From the NCBI GenBank assembly GCA_963727625.1, contig CAVSHR010000006.1, positions 96,001-160,000 of the forward strand: a stretch of 64,000 nt of DNA, read 5' to 3'. Source of the stretch: an uncultured delta proteobacterium. Its GTDB lineage: Bacteria; Desulfobacterota; Binatia; UBA9968. Shown in pieces: positions 41,872-52,127 of the stretch (position 1 is the stretch's first letter; each line of letters opens with the position of its first letter). The position numbers were made by a program, and so were the translations under genes. The notes below the pieces were generated by a model, which had not been told where the DNA came from, searched no databases, and saw only the letters and a program-made list of their open reading frames with translations.

Positions 41872-42213
41872 GCCCTTTTTGCCCTGACCTGTTTCGCTCC
41901 GCTCCTGCTACCTGCTAAATTCCGATGGTAGACCCCATCTGTTGACACACTCTAAGGCCGGAGCCTTGACTTATTCCCCTTAGTCAACAACATCCCCTAA
42001 ATTCCGCGTATGCTCACCATGATCAATGAGTTGTAGCGGAGCAGAGGCCTGTTGTCTTGGCCGACACGGAGCCACTGCTTCTGATCATCCCGAAGAAAGT
42101 CCAGTTAGACTATTCGACTCGACGGCTAGCTAGCTAATAGCGAACGCCATCGCAGTTTGATTAGCTCGTCTGAGCCGTTTGTTTAAGGGTTTGGTGACTT
42201 TTGCTTTGAAAAT

Positions 42214-42702
42214 TCACAGATCTGGCAACACGCCACCGAAAAAGATCCCGGGAAAGAGTGAGTTATTCAATAAGACGTCGAATGAGACATAGATCAAGAG
42301 CCACAAACATGCAGCAACGATAAAAGACCTGCTCCATGAGACTGTACCCTGGATAATCAGGTATAAAAAGGTGTAGATTGGGACACTGAATTCAAAACCG
42401 AAAAAAAGAATAAACACAAATAACCCGGTGATCCATGCCACTACAGTAAATCCCGCAGGCCACGATGCCACGTCGTAAAAATTTTTTTCCTCCTCGTCAA
42501 GAGGGACGAAACCTTCACCACGAAAGACAGCCCGTAATCGTGCCCATAATGCTGTAGCAATCATCAAGACCGTTGGAACCCCAATCACTAAAGGAACGAT
42601 ACGACCTTCCCCCGCGAATTTTGTTGACTCAAGCACAATGAAAACACCAAAGGCGAGGTAACACAGGTTGACACTAAGATATGTTATGTGCGATGGCCTC
42701 AT
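42214..42702 (-). CDS. tctB: Tripartite tricarboxylate transporter small membrane subunit
   Basis: 162 aa with about 4 TM helices, overlapping the tctA stop; LL...LFPG C-terminus. Confidence 0.8.
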   Translation of the reverse strand: MRPSHITYLSVNLCYLAFGVFIVLESTKFAGEGRIVPLVIGVPTVLMIATALWARLRAVFRGEGFVPLDEEEKNFYDVASWPAGFTVVAWITGLFVFILFFGFEFSVPIYTFLYLIIQGTVSWSRSFIVAACLWLLIYVSFDVLLNNSLFPGIFFGGVLPDL

Positions 42703-44183
42703 GCTTGTGTCTTATTTTTAAGCCTAAGTAGTTTGAGGAGCGGCACGGCAAACGTCACGGCGATTAAAGTCCAGGAGAGGACGCTACTAAATAGCCCGAC
42801 ATAACTCCCCTGGTGGATTCCGAGTGTCAAGAGAAACGACTTCTCTGCGAGCTTCCCCAACACAAAACCTATGACCAAGGGAAGTACAGGAAGTCCGGCC
42901 TTCCGAATGGCAAATCCGAAAAGGCCAAGTATAAGGACAAGCAGTACGTCCCAAATATTTTCCCTTAGCACGTACGATCCGACAAACGCTATCACTGCAA
43001 TCACCGGTGAAAGATAGTAGACCGGAATCCGAGTAACCATTGCCAGGTACCTGGCTGCGAAAAGACCAAAAACGCTGGCAAAGATATTTGCTACCACATA
43101 ACCGATGAGAAGCTTCCAAATGTAGATCGGCTGCTCTATGATTAACCGGGGACCGGCGGGAACTCCATGTATAATAAAGATGCTGAGCAAGAGTGTCATG
43201 GCAAGACTTCCCGGGATTCCAAAACTCAAGGTCGTCAGCAATGCCCCACCATCCTTCGCGTCGTTTGCGGACTCGCTGGCGATGACCCCCTCCGGATTCC
43301 CTTTACCGAAGGACCCGGGGTTTGAAGAAGACTGCACTGCCGCCGTGTAAGCGATAAGGTTAGCCGTCTCTCCACCGACACCCGGTATAATCCCGATCAA
43401 CGTACCTATAGCGGAGCTACGCACAAAACAAACAGGATGCCGGAATACCTCAACGACGCCGTCCCATGTGCCCGTGATTTCGGCAGAAATATTCTCGGCG
43501 CTGATTGTCCCACCGCGCGCGGAGTAATTAATCAGCTCACCGATTGCGAAAAGGCCGACGAAAAACGGCACTAAGGGAATACCATCCCACAGATACTCGC
43601 TTCCCTCCGTATAGCGAATCAGGCCAGTTTGCTCACTAAGCCCGATTAAAGAGAGTAGTATTCCCGTTCCACCTGCAATTAAACCATCCAGTAGTGAACC
43701 TTGGCTGATGCTCGCCGTCGCAACCAGACCGAATACAACCAGCCAGAAAATCTCTGCATGGCCGAAGGCAAGTACCACCGGCCGCATCACCTGAATGAGA
43801 ACCGCTAGAAGAAACAGGCCGAACACAGCGCCGCACAGCGACGCAGTAGCAGATATTCCGAGAGCTTTAGCGGCCTCCCCCCTTCTAGCCATCGGGTATC
43901 CATCAAAACAAGTCGCGACATTAACCGCTGTGCCAGGCGTGTTCAACAAGATAGCACTAATCGAGCCACCGAAGGCACTTGCACCCATAATGCCGCAAAA
44001 CAAATAAATGGCAGTCGTCGCACTCCAGGAGTAGGTAAACGGGAGTAACATGGACATGGCGATTATGCCGCCCAAACCTGGTATGGCACCGAACGTGAGG
44101 CCAAGCATACTGCCACAGGCAAGCGCCATGATGACGTTGAGACTAAAAATATCCAGAAACGCGGTGCCAAATCCGTCGAACAT
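42699..44183 (-). CDS. tctA: Tripartite tricarboxylate transporter permease
   Basis: GAIPGLG, GGSISAILLNTPGT, CFDGYPMARRG, ASESANDA, FGIPGS. Confidence 0.93.
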   Translation of the reverse strand: MFDGFGTAFLDIFSLNVIMALACGSMLGLTFGAIPGLGGIIAMSMLLPFTYSWSATTAIYLFCGIMGASAFGGSISAILLNTPGTAVNVATCFDGYPMARRGEAAKALGISATASLCGAVFGLFLLAVLIQVMRPVVLAFGHAEIFWLVVFGLVATASISQGSLLDGLIAGGTGILLSLIGLSEQTGLIRYTEGSEYLWDGIPLVPFFVGLFAIGELINYSARGGTISAENISAEITGTWDGVVEVFRHPVCFVRSSAIGTLIGIIPGVGGETANLIAYTAAVQSSSNPGSFGKGNPEGVIASESANDAKDGGALLTTLSFGIPGSLAMTLLLSIFIIHGVPAGPRLIIEQPIYIWKLLIGYVVANIFASVFGLFAARYLAMVTRIPVYYLSPVIAVIAFVGSYVLRENIWDVLLVLILGLFGFAIRKAGLPVLPLVIGFVLGKLAEKSFLLTLGIHQGSYVGLFSSVLSWTLIAVTFAVPLLKLLRLKNKTQA

Positions 44184-44241
44184 TATCTCATCTCTTGCCG
44201 ATCCTGCTTTGCCTCTGGCGGGTTCGAACAACACCCAAAAT

Positions 44242-45270
44242 TCACTTGACGTATTGTTTTAGTAACGACGCATTTTTCTCGACTAGTTGGATCATATCCG
44301 ATACCAACTGAGCAGACTCCTTGGCTGTTAGGGGTTTCACGAAGTTGCCCGCCGATTCGATTTTGCTGATCACCGCTTTGTCTCGAAGCGCCCTTGCTAG
44401 AGCATTTTCTAGCTTGCTAACGATCGCCGCTGGGGTCCCGGGAGGAAGCGCAATCAGATTCGTCCCCATCACTGTGGGTTGCGCCAGCTCTTTAAACCCC
44501 TGTTCGGCCCCAGTCGGAACGTCCGGTAACATGGGGTGTCGCTCCGCCGTATAAACGGCTATGGCTTTAGCTTCTCCCGATTGAATCGCCCCGAAATTGC
44601 TCTCGCTTACCGGTAGCGTCGTTGCCTCAAGATCTCCTCGCATGATGTTGGTGATGATCTCGGGGGATGTGAAACCAGGGATAAACCGAACGGGATACCC
44701 CACAATGTTGGTTGCTATGACAGATATAGGGAAAGTATTTCCTCCTGTCCCCGTTATTCCAGCTTGCAGAGGTTTTTTGCGTGCCCGGAGGTCACTCAAT
44801 GTAGAGACTCCAGTTTTTTTTGAAACTTGAAGAAAATATGGCTGCGCGACCGAGCGGCCAATCCATTTGAAAGTACGAATATCAGGAGACAGCCCGCGAA
44901 CGACCTGATTGACCAACTGACCTGGAACGTTGACAACGGCCATCGTGTGCCCATCGGGCTTGGCTCGATTGAGAAGGGTTACGGCATTCCGGCCACCCGC
45001 ACCGGGTACGTTTCTAACAACAACAGGAACTCCCAATTCTTTTCCCATCGCGTCACCCTCGAGCCTCGTTGCAATATCACCACCACTCCCTGCGGAAAAA
45101 CCAAAAAGAAGCGTGATAGGCTTGCTCGGATAGTCCTGTTGCGCAAATGAAGTTGAAGTAAACAGGAGCATTGTAACAGCGGCACTCAGGACCGTGCGGA
45201 ACGTTTTGTCGAATATCGCCTGGATGTGCACTCTTACCGCACTCCAGGACATTGTTCTCAAACCTTTCAT
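44242..45270 (-). CDS. tctC: Tripartite tricarboxylate transporter substrate-binding protein
   Basis: YPSKPITL..GFSAGSGGD, VRNVPGAGG, AKPDGHT, LPDVPT, PPGTP. Confidence 0.92.
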   Translation of the reverse strand: MKGLRTMSWSAVRVHIQAIFDKTFRTVLSAAVTMLLFTSTSFAQQDYPSKPITLLFGFSAGSGGDIATRLEGDAMGKELGVPVVVRNVPGAGGRNAVTLLNRAKPDGHTMAVVNVPGQLVNQVVRGLSPDIRTFKWIGRSVAQPYFLQVSKKTGVSTLSDLRARKKPLQAGITGTGGNTFPISVIATNIVGYPVRFIPGFTSPEIITNIMRGDLEATTLPVSESNFGAIQSGEAKAIAVYTAERHPMLPDVPTGAEQGFKELAQPTVMGTNLIALPPGTPAAIVSKLENALARALRDKAVISKIESAGNFVKPLTAKESAQLVSDMIQLVEKNASLLKQYVK

Positions 45271-45820
45271 GGCGGATTTCCTCCCTTCTTGCATTTCAGA
45301 GTAAGAAAGTAAACGTCGGTCCGAAACCAACAAAAGTTGTGATTAATTGATTGGGATCTTTCACGGAACAGGAGACTCGTTGCTACAAGTGTCCGCTATC
45401 GCGGCCTGCCTATGGCACCAACACGCCTGCCGCGGATGTGCGCGGCATAATTGTGCAAAGATTGAGCCTGAGCCTTTTGCAAATGTTAGATCAAGCGCTG
45501 AAAAATAATTTTCCTTTTACGTCTCACCTGGGATCGTTTATTATCCCATTCCGACCCGGTAACTCGTAAACGCCACCAAACAGGAATGATCCCTTTGGTT
45601 TTTGTTATCAACGAACGTGGGACGCTGTCAAGCAAAGCAGGATGTAAAAAAAAGATGGGCAGTGACCGCTTTGGGATTATGCCAAAAGGCGAGTTGGAAT
45701 TTCTTTTCTTCCGTTAACGCTTGCTTCCCGGACTTGGTCATCGAGCGCTACGAGAGGGAAAAGTGGCGGATACGGCAAAACCGCTCTCGTTGAAAGGCCG
45801 GTTTCGCTGCCCGGGGGTGA

Positions 45821-46593
45821 GAAAAGGGGACGCGAACCTTATTTACGTTTGCGTATTTGCTAATTCCACCGCCTTTCTAGGACGACCGCGTGGCTGAAGT
45901 GTATATTTCAATCCGAGCGTAGCCGCGATCTTTGTCTTCCAAGTTTCCGTGCCGTAGGGTGTGCCGCGGTTCACGCACCTCCGCAGCGCTTCGATTTCAC
46001 CTTCTGTTTGTGCCGTGTTCACCCATTCAACCCAGTTTGCCGGCCTATCGAAGGACCACTCGCTCAGCAACGATTCTCGATCCCCATGAACTTTTCGCCA
46101 TAGACTGCACCAGCGCCAGTCCTGCGCTTTGTCGACGAGGTTGGCTCGCAAGGCGTTGCGTTCCACATAGCGAATCACATTGAGCGCGGCTTGATCCTGC
46201 TCGACGGGAAAACTTTTGAACCGCCCTTGATAAATATGCCCGTAGCCGGTGGTGTGGCGGTGAGCGTGTAGACGTTGGCTGTGAGTGAGCGTGAGCCAGC
46301 GAAGAAACTCGGTCATCTCGCCGTCCTTCTTCGGCCACAAAACCATGTGCCAGTGATTGGGCATCAAACAATAAGCCAGCAGCCGGATCGGAGAACGGCG
46401 CATCGCTGCAACCATGATCCGCTCGAACGCGGCGTAATCTTCGGGCTTGTCAAAAAGTTGGCCGCGCCCGTTGGCGCGGTTGAGAGCGTGGTAAATTATT
46501 TCACCGGGAGCAATGCGCGCTCGTCTAGGCATCGAGCAACGCATACATCCATCGCCGTTATCTAGTCAAGGAAAAGGTTCGCGTCCCCTTTTC
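45821..46593 (-). mobile_element. Y1/RAYT element bounded by perfect 20-bp inverted repeats
   Basis: gaaaaggggacgcgaacctt (45821-45840) is the exact reverse complement of aaggttcgcgtccccttttc (46574-46593). Confidence 0.85.
45843..46532 (-). CDS. REP-associated tyrosine transposase (Y1 HUH, IS200-like)
   Basis: YHALNRANGR, YCLMPNHWH (HUH), GHIYQGRFKSF, RYVERN (catalytic Tyr), WRWCS, PRGRP. Confidence 0.92.
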   Translation of the reverse strand: MPRRARIAPGEIIYHALNRANGRGQLFDKPEDYAAFERIMVAAMRRSPIRLLAYCLMPNHWHMVLWPKKDGEMTEFLRWLTLTHSQRLHAHRHTTGYGHIYQGRFKSFPVEQDQAALNVIRYVERNALRANLVDKAQDWRWCSLWRKVHGDRESLLSEWSFDRPANWVEWVNTAQTEGEIEALRRCVNRGTPYGTETWKTKIAATLGLKYTLQPRGRPRKAVELANTQT

Positions 46594-46603
46594 CCCTCCC
46601 CTC

Positions 46604-47269
46604 TTACTTTCCGCGGGTCGTCGTATCCGTGGACTCTGGCGGGGTGCTTTCAACCTCTTCGGCAGAAGCGAGATCTAGCTCTTCAAAAGGTACCCTATTC
46701 TCCTCCATCCATTTATGAAGTGCTACGTTCAGTACCAGTAATTCGCCAACTATGGAAACAGCAACTTTGTGAATCAATAAATCTTCCTCCGCCGAAACTA
46801 GAAGATCTGCAGATCCTTTCGGATGTGTGATGCGATTTCGAATTTCGATGGCTTTCTTGAACCCGTGCCACACTTCGCCCGAGGCATCCAGTACATGCTT
46901 TGACCGTACGGTCTTGGTGAGAGCATAGAAGGCAAAACGATAGTTATCCGCAACATTTAGGAACCTCAATTGTTCTCTGACCTGCCCGTCTTGAAAGTTG
47001 AATTGTACTTCCCGTAGCAAAACGAGTTCACCAGTCGTAAAATCGGCTCTCCCGTGTTTGTTAAGCATGAGACAATATTGTTTATGCAGCCAGGTTACTC
47101 CCTCAACAAAAGCAAAGAAGGTTCGAATGTGGGTACGACGCCAGAATTGTATTATCGCTTCATCGTCAGAGCTTGGCGACAAACCTAGCAGCCTAAGATC
47201 ACTAGTCAGCGATTCAAGCAAAGAATCCGATGAGGTGCGTACCCGCGGGTTTATTTTGTTGCCCTCCAT
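46604..47269 (-). CDS. Putative HEPN-domain protein
   Basis: RTFFAFVEG helix and the RxxxxH motif IRNRITHPK; AT-richer than the flanks. Confidence 0.62.
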   Translation of the reverse strand: MEGNKINPRVRTSSDSLLESLTSDLRLLGLSPSSDDEAIIQFWRRTHIRTFFAFVEGVTWLHKQYCLMLNKHGRADFTTGELVLLREVQFNFQDGQVREQLRFLNVADNYRFAFYALTKTVRSKHVLDASGEVWHGFKKAIEIRNRITHPKGSADLLVSAEEDLLIHKVAVSIVGELLVLNVALHKWMEENRVPFEELDLASAEEVESTPPESTDTTTRGK

Positions 47270-47511
47270 AATACTAATACTCCCCTAGCGCTGTCCCTCC
47301 TTTAATTTATACGATCTTAATACCGATTGGGAGAGATCACCGGATGAGTGATAAGTAAGTAATAAGTGTCTTGAATCTTGACATCCTGTCACAATCGGTG
47401 CTTGCCTAACGTTTCGTCGGCAAAAGAATTCAGCTGGCGAAATCGGGCCTGAGTATTGACAATCACCTCTGAGCATTTCGCGCGCCCCTTCGGGAGGACG
47501 AAGGTCTAGCG

Positions 47512-47949
47512 CTAGCTCACCGGCTCCGCCACGAAGAGCGGAATCACCCGGGTCGTTCGAGTTTGATACTCCGCATACGGCGGATAGGCCGCCACGGCGG
47601 CTTTCCACAGGCGTTCTCGCTCCGCCGCGTCGCTGACCTCGCGCACCCGCATCTTCCGCACCACTGCCAGATCGCGAAGCTCCACTAGCGAATTGGCACG
47701 CAGGTTGTTGACCCAAACCGGATTCTTGGGCGCTCCGCCCGTCGACCCGACCAGCACATAGTTGGCGCCATCCTTGACGCGCATCAGCGGCGTCTTCCGA
47801 ACGGCTCCGGTCTTGTTGCCCGTGTGAGTGACGATGATGACCGGCAATCCAGTATCGCGCAGCGTGTTGCCTTCGGCCCCGTTCGTGCGCTCGTAGAGTT
47901 CGACCTGCTCACGCACCCAATCTCTCGGGCTCGGGATGTATTCAGCCAT
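47512..47949 (-). CDS. Deazaflavin (F420)-dependent nitroreductase family protein
   Basis: YIPSPRDWVREQVELYE, GNKTGAVRKTPLMRV, GGAPKNPVW..NL, YQTRTTRVIP. Confidence 0.9.
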   Translation of the reverse strand: MAEYIPSPRDWVREQVELYERTNGAEGNTLRDTGLPVIIVTHTGNKTGAVRKTPLMRVKDGANYVLVGSTGGAPKNPVWVNNLRANSLVELRDLAVVRKMRVREVSDAAERERLWKAAVAAYPPYAEYQTRTTRVIPLFVAEPVS

Positions 47950-48183
47950 TGGCTTGTCTCCAATTCTTTTGTTGGGGCGGTGCGCCGCTTTAATCCGAAT
48001 TTGGCTTACACTTTGCGGAGATTTTGGAGTCGCGTCATGAATCTTGACATCCGGCCGTAATCGGTGCGCGCGATAATGCTCGGGTTCGTGCCTGGATATC
48101 AAAACAGTTTCTTGGACGAGTTCACAACCGCTCCGGGTAAGGTGAGTCGGACTCGGAAACATCGCTCCGCACATCGTGTGAGT

Positions 48184-48951
48184 TTACAGATGGTCGAATA
48201 GCCGGCCATAGCCGGCGATATCCGATTTGACTCCGGCGAGCTTGAGGCCGGCCCAGGCCATCGCCTGCATACTGGTGACCACGGGCACGCCGAGATCTTG
48301 CTCGAGCGGTTGAATGGCTCCGACGCTCGGCATCAGCGCGCCGGTGATCCAGATCCCATCGGCGTTCGGCGTCGAGCGAAAGAGCGCCTTGGCCGCTTGA
48401 TAGGGAACGGCCAGCGGCACCGTGGAGACCTCGTAGTGGCGCGAGATCTCCTCGGCGGCGGGCGGTCGGATGGAGCGGGCCGCGAGCACCTCAATCCCGG
48501 CGTTGGCAACGTAGCTCGTGAGTTGCTCGTGCATGGCGTCGTCAAAAGGCGTCACCATCACCACGCGCCGCATGCCCAGGCACTGCATGGCGTCGATGCA
48601 GGCGCCGATATCGGTGGCGAAAGGAATGGTCGTCAGCTTCGCGACTTCGGCAGTGAGCTTGCGATGATAATCCCAGCCCTTGGTCACAGTGAGCGGCACG
48701 CCCGCCTGCACCATGACATCGACTCTGCGGCTCACCATCTCGGCCACCGCCGCTTCGATCCGATTCACCGCCGCGTCGTACTGCGCCTGAGTCAGCCCCG
48801 TGACCCGGAGCGAGGTCATACACACCGTAACGCCCTCGGGCGCGATCAGATAAAATTCGTAGGCGTTGTTCTCATGGCCGGGGCTGGGCGTGATCAAGCC
48901 GACGCGGGCGCGCCAACCGTAGGGCGCGGCGAGGGAAGCCGTGAGTGCCAT
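48184..48951 (-). CDS. Maleate isomerase/Asp-Glu racemase/arylmalonate decarboxylase family protein
   Basis: YGWRARVGLITPS, VMVTPF, LEQDLGVPVVTSMQA..W, GYGRLF. Confidence 0.82.
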   Translation of the reverse strand: MALTASLAAPYGWRARVGLITPSPGHENNAYEFYLIAPEGVTVCMTSLRVTGLTQAQYDAAVNRIEAAVAEMVSRRVDVMVQAGVPLTVTKGWDYHRKLTAEVAKLTTIPFATDIGACIDAMQCLGMRRVVMVTPFDDAMHEQLTSYVANAGIEVLAARSIRPPAAEEISRHYEVSTVPLAVPYQAAKALFRSTPNADGIWITGALMPSVGAIQPLEQDLGVPVVTSMQAMAWAGLKLAGVKSDIAGYGRLFDHL

Positions 48952-49070
48952 CGGATGGTTTCCTCCAATAAACGATAGAGATCTATTTCTGCACAATCAA
49001 GAAAGCAACCCATCGGCGCTGCTTCAGCATCCGTCGAAGGATCGGATTAGAAACACGCCGAGAAGGGTCG

Positions 49071-49170
49071 TTAAATTTTCAGCACCGCGAGATTCTGGAC
49101 TCTTCGAAAGTCGCGCGTGTTCCGTGTTATCTAGATAATAGAGAATCGCGTTGGTATTGAGCGTGTACAC
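49071..49170 (-). pseudogene. VapC/PIN toxin remnant with a large internal deletion
   Basis: Start MYTLNTNAILYYL joined out of frame to the PIN C-terminus ITRNTRDFRRVQNLAVLKI*. Confidence 0.6.
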
Positions 49171-49350
49171 TTAGTCGAGCGACGGGCGCTTCTTGGCCCA
49201 TGAGGACCGCATTTTCTTGAGCTCCCGAATCGGTTCGGGAACTCGCCCTTTCCACAAACCGCGAGCTTTCTCCCAAATCGCGAGCCGCTCCTTCGTGGTT
49301 ATGAGCGGGTACATGCGTGGCCTCGAAGGCGATGGAGAACGTTTGGCCAT
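49171..49350 (-). CDS. Small antitoxin-like protein (59 aa, not in the ORF track)
   Basis: MAKRSPSPSRPRMYPLITTKERLAIWEKARGLWKGRVPEPIRELKKMRSSWAKKRPSLD*; its stop abuts the PIN remnant's GTG. Confidence 0.55.
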   Translation of the reverse strand: MAKRSPSPSRPRMYPLITTKERLAIWEKARGLWKGRVPEPIRELKKMRSSWAKKRPSLD

Positions 49351-49499
49351 GGATGAATCTTATATCAGGCAGCCGCCGAAAGAAACCGAATTTTCCAGTG
49401 ACAATCCAGCTGCCGATCCCGTCATCCTTTGCGAGCGGATCCAGAAGTGCGCTAAATCGAGTTGAACCAAAACGCGGGCGTCAGGATTTGATTCTTTAC

Positions 49500-49901
49500 T
49501 CAAGTGTTGGGCAATGCCGCGACCAAATCCGTTTTCGAGAAATCGCTTCCCTTGAAGAGCAACGGCAAACCGGTGGCCTTTGCCAGCGCGTAAGAGAAAC
49601 AATCTCCATAGTTGAGCCCTGCACCGTTTCTGCCTTTGCCATAGCGGGCATAGGCTTCGCGCGCGAGATCGAGATGCTGAGTGGTAAAGGTTTCAATTTT
49701 AAAACCGGCGTCTTGAATTAACCGGTCGACGAGCCGCCCGGATCTACCGCCGTGCCGATTGAGCATCACGATGTGCAATTCGAGCAGAGTCGCCGCGGAA
49801 ATGAGCGGGGAATCCGTCTCAGCGATCGCTTCTGCGTACATCGCCGCGTCCGGCTCCCGGTCGAGGATCGCAATCAGCGCAGAGGTATCCACGACGATCA
49901 T
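49500..49901 (-). CDS. vapC: VapC PIN-domain toxin
   Basis: MIVVDTSALIAIL..EP, LNYGDCFSYALAK, LLFKGSDF. Confidence 0.92.
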   Translation of the reverse strand: MIVVDTSALIAILDREPDAAMYAEAIAETDSPLISAATLLELHIVMLNRHGGRSGRLVDRLIQDAGFKIETFTTQHLDLAREAYARYGKGRNGAGLNYGDCFSYALAKATGLPLLFKGSDFSKTDLVAALPNT

Positions 49902-50149
49902 CGTGGCAAGCCAGTCTCATCGTAAAGCATCTCTTCGGCCGATCGCTTGTCGATTACAGGCAACCGGCTGCACTGCTCGCCCAACTTGAGCAGCTTCGCC
50001 GCGAGCGCTTTCCGATTGCGTTGGCGCCGCAAGCGTTCCAGGCGCTCGGTGACCGCTTTGTCCACAGCCTCGGCGATTGTCTCGCCCGTAATGCGCGCCA
50101 ATTGCTTGGCTCGACGGTGCGTATCGTCGCTCTTAATGTTCATGCCCAT
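49898..50149 (-). CDS. vapB: VapB antitoxin (Rv0623-like)
   Basis: MNIKSDDTHRRAKQLARITGET...LYDETGLPR; ATGA overlap with vapC. Confidence 0.88.
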   Translation of the reverse strand: MGMNIKSDDTHRRAKQLARITGETIAEAVDKAVTERLERLRRQRNRKALAAKLLKLGEQCSRLPVIDKRSAEEMLYDETGLPR

Positions 50150-50285
50150 ATGAAAAATCCTAGGGTATACTTTCCTCGATTTTATACCCCGACTCGGTTT
50201 TGCACAACCGAGCGGCGAAGCTGGAGGGCGGCTTCGAGTTTGGCGTGAGTTTTGACTGATGGCGCGCTACGCACAGCAAAATCGT

Positions 50286-51747
50286 CTATGCGGTCGCAGC
50301 GGGCGATGTCCTTTCCAGCCCCAACTCATCGGCAACCGCTTGCTCGACGACGGTGTCCTTGAAGAAGCCCGGGTTGTTGCGCGTGTGCAGCATGGAGGCG
50401 TTGGTGAAGGTGAACTCGCGGAAATCCTGTTCGGTGACGAGGCCTTTTTCGACCATCTCGAACGCTTCGGGGATGACATCGGCGAAGTCGGGGACGTCGA
50501 AATGCGTGAAGTCGGAGCTGAACACCGGCCGGAGCCGGAAGCCCATTCGCGGATCGAAGGCCCACATCGTCGTTCGGTCGTCGGCCTCGCAGCCGAAGTA
50601 AAAGTTGCTGGCGAAGGCCGCGCGGATATCGTCTTTCGACTCGACGCCCGCCGCGGCGAAATCGTCGGCGACAAACTCCGGCCGCGCCAGTTCTTCGACG
50701 CTGCATTCCGGCCGCAAAAAGTCCAGGCTGTTCATGATCGCGTCGGCGTTGGCTTTCAGTCTCGCGTCGCCGTACCGGGCGATGAACTGATGCATCTCGG
50801 CGATGCTGGTGGCGCCGGGGTTTTGCAGGCCGGCGGGGCGGCGCTTTTCCCAGTGTTCGATCAGGTCGGCGCACAACTGGCAGGCCCAGCTGACGCCGCC
50901 TTCCATGAAGCCGAAATTAAGGCTCGGGTAGCGCCGCACCAGACCGCCCAGGAAAACGGACTTCGCGAAGGCGCGATTCGATGCGGCGAAGTGGCCGATA
51001 TGGTTGTGGGTGAAGTTGCTGATGGAGCTGCGATCCGGCCAACGGCCGCTGCCCGAGTGTTGGGTTACGGCGACGCCAAGATCAACGCAGCGCCGCCAGA
51101 ATGGATCGTAATCAAGCGGGCTGTCGAGGGCGACGGTGTCGACGTACCACGCGGCTTTCTTCGCATCGATGCCTTCCGCCGCACTCGGGATCGGCCGCTC
51201 CTGGTTTCCCTTGAGCATGATCGCTCGGTAGCCCAGCTTGCCAACGGCGTATTCGAGCTCCTCGATCGCTTCCTCCGGCGTGTGCATGGGAATAATCGCC
51301 ACCGGGGCAAATCTTGCGGCATGGGGCGCGAACATGTCGACCGTCATCTTATTGTAGGCGCGGGCGGCGGCCTGGCGCAGGTCATCCTGAGCGATGCCAT
51401 TGAACGCGAGCCCGAGGCTCGGATAGATCAACGCGAAGTCGATGCCCAACTCCGGCAGTCGTTCGTTCAACAAAGCCGGCAGCAGCGCGGTGGCCTTGTC
51501 GAGGGTCTTGCTGGTGACGCCCCACCAGTTGCTGCGCCGGGTGCGATCGTGCCGGCGCTCGCGGCCAGGTGGAGCGGTACCAGGCGTGATTGCGCTGCCA
51601 GAGCGCTCTCATCCGCTCGACCGATTGAGCGCCGCCCGCTTCGCGCAAGTACTCGAGAAAGACCGGCACCGGTTCCAACCAGTGGCCGTCGCCGTCGATC
51701 ACGGGGTGTTTCAGGCCGGCGTGTATTTCTGCGGCGCGATGCTTCAT
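50286..51747 (-). CDS. Amidohydrolase-2 family protein, frameshift near 51560
   Basis: HPVIDGDGHWLEP in ORF 51382..51747; FMEGG and SSDFTHFDVP in ORF 50286..51473. Confidence 0.82.
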
Positions 51748-52127
51748 CGTCGCGGCTCCTCTCGCTTGTGCTTTTTCTATAATCGCTTCGTCGCCGGGTC
51801 GTCAAACGAGCTTGGGAGATCTCTTCTTTGCAGCGATTCAGAAAATTCATTTTTGAGAGCTGCCGGTAGCACACCGGACACCGCCGCATCGTAAGCAAAC
51901 TTGAAATGCGATCCCTTGCGCCGAACGGTCTTCCTTGTCACTCGAATGCGTTAATGGGCGAACGTCCTGGAAAGGGACATTTCCGTACGCGGTTGTGCGC
52001 ACTTATGCTATTTTCACTGTTCTTTCTGTCGTTTAATGCCCTGTATCGGCCGCTTCTGAGCCTCTTCGCCGCCGCTGTCGTGTGAGATCTTGGGGGGCAT
52101 GGTCATTGCTGATGATAGCCGTGACCC

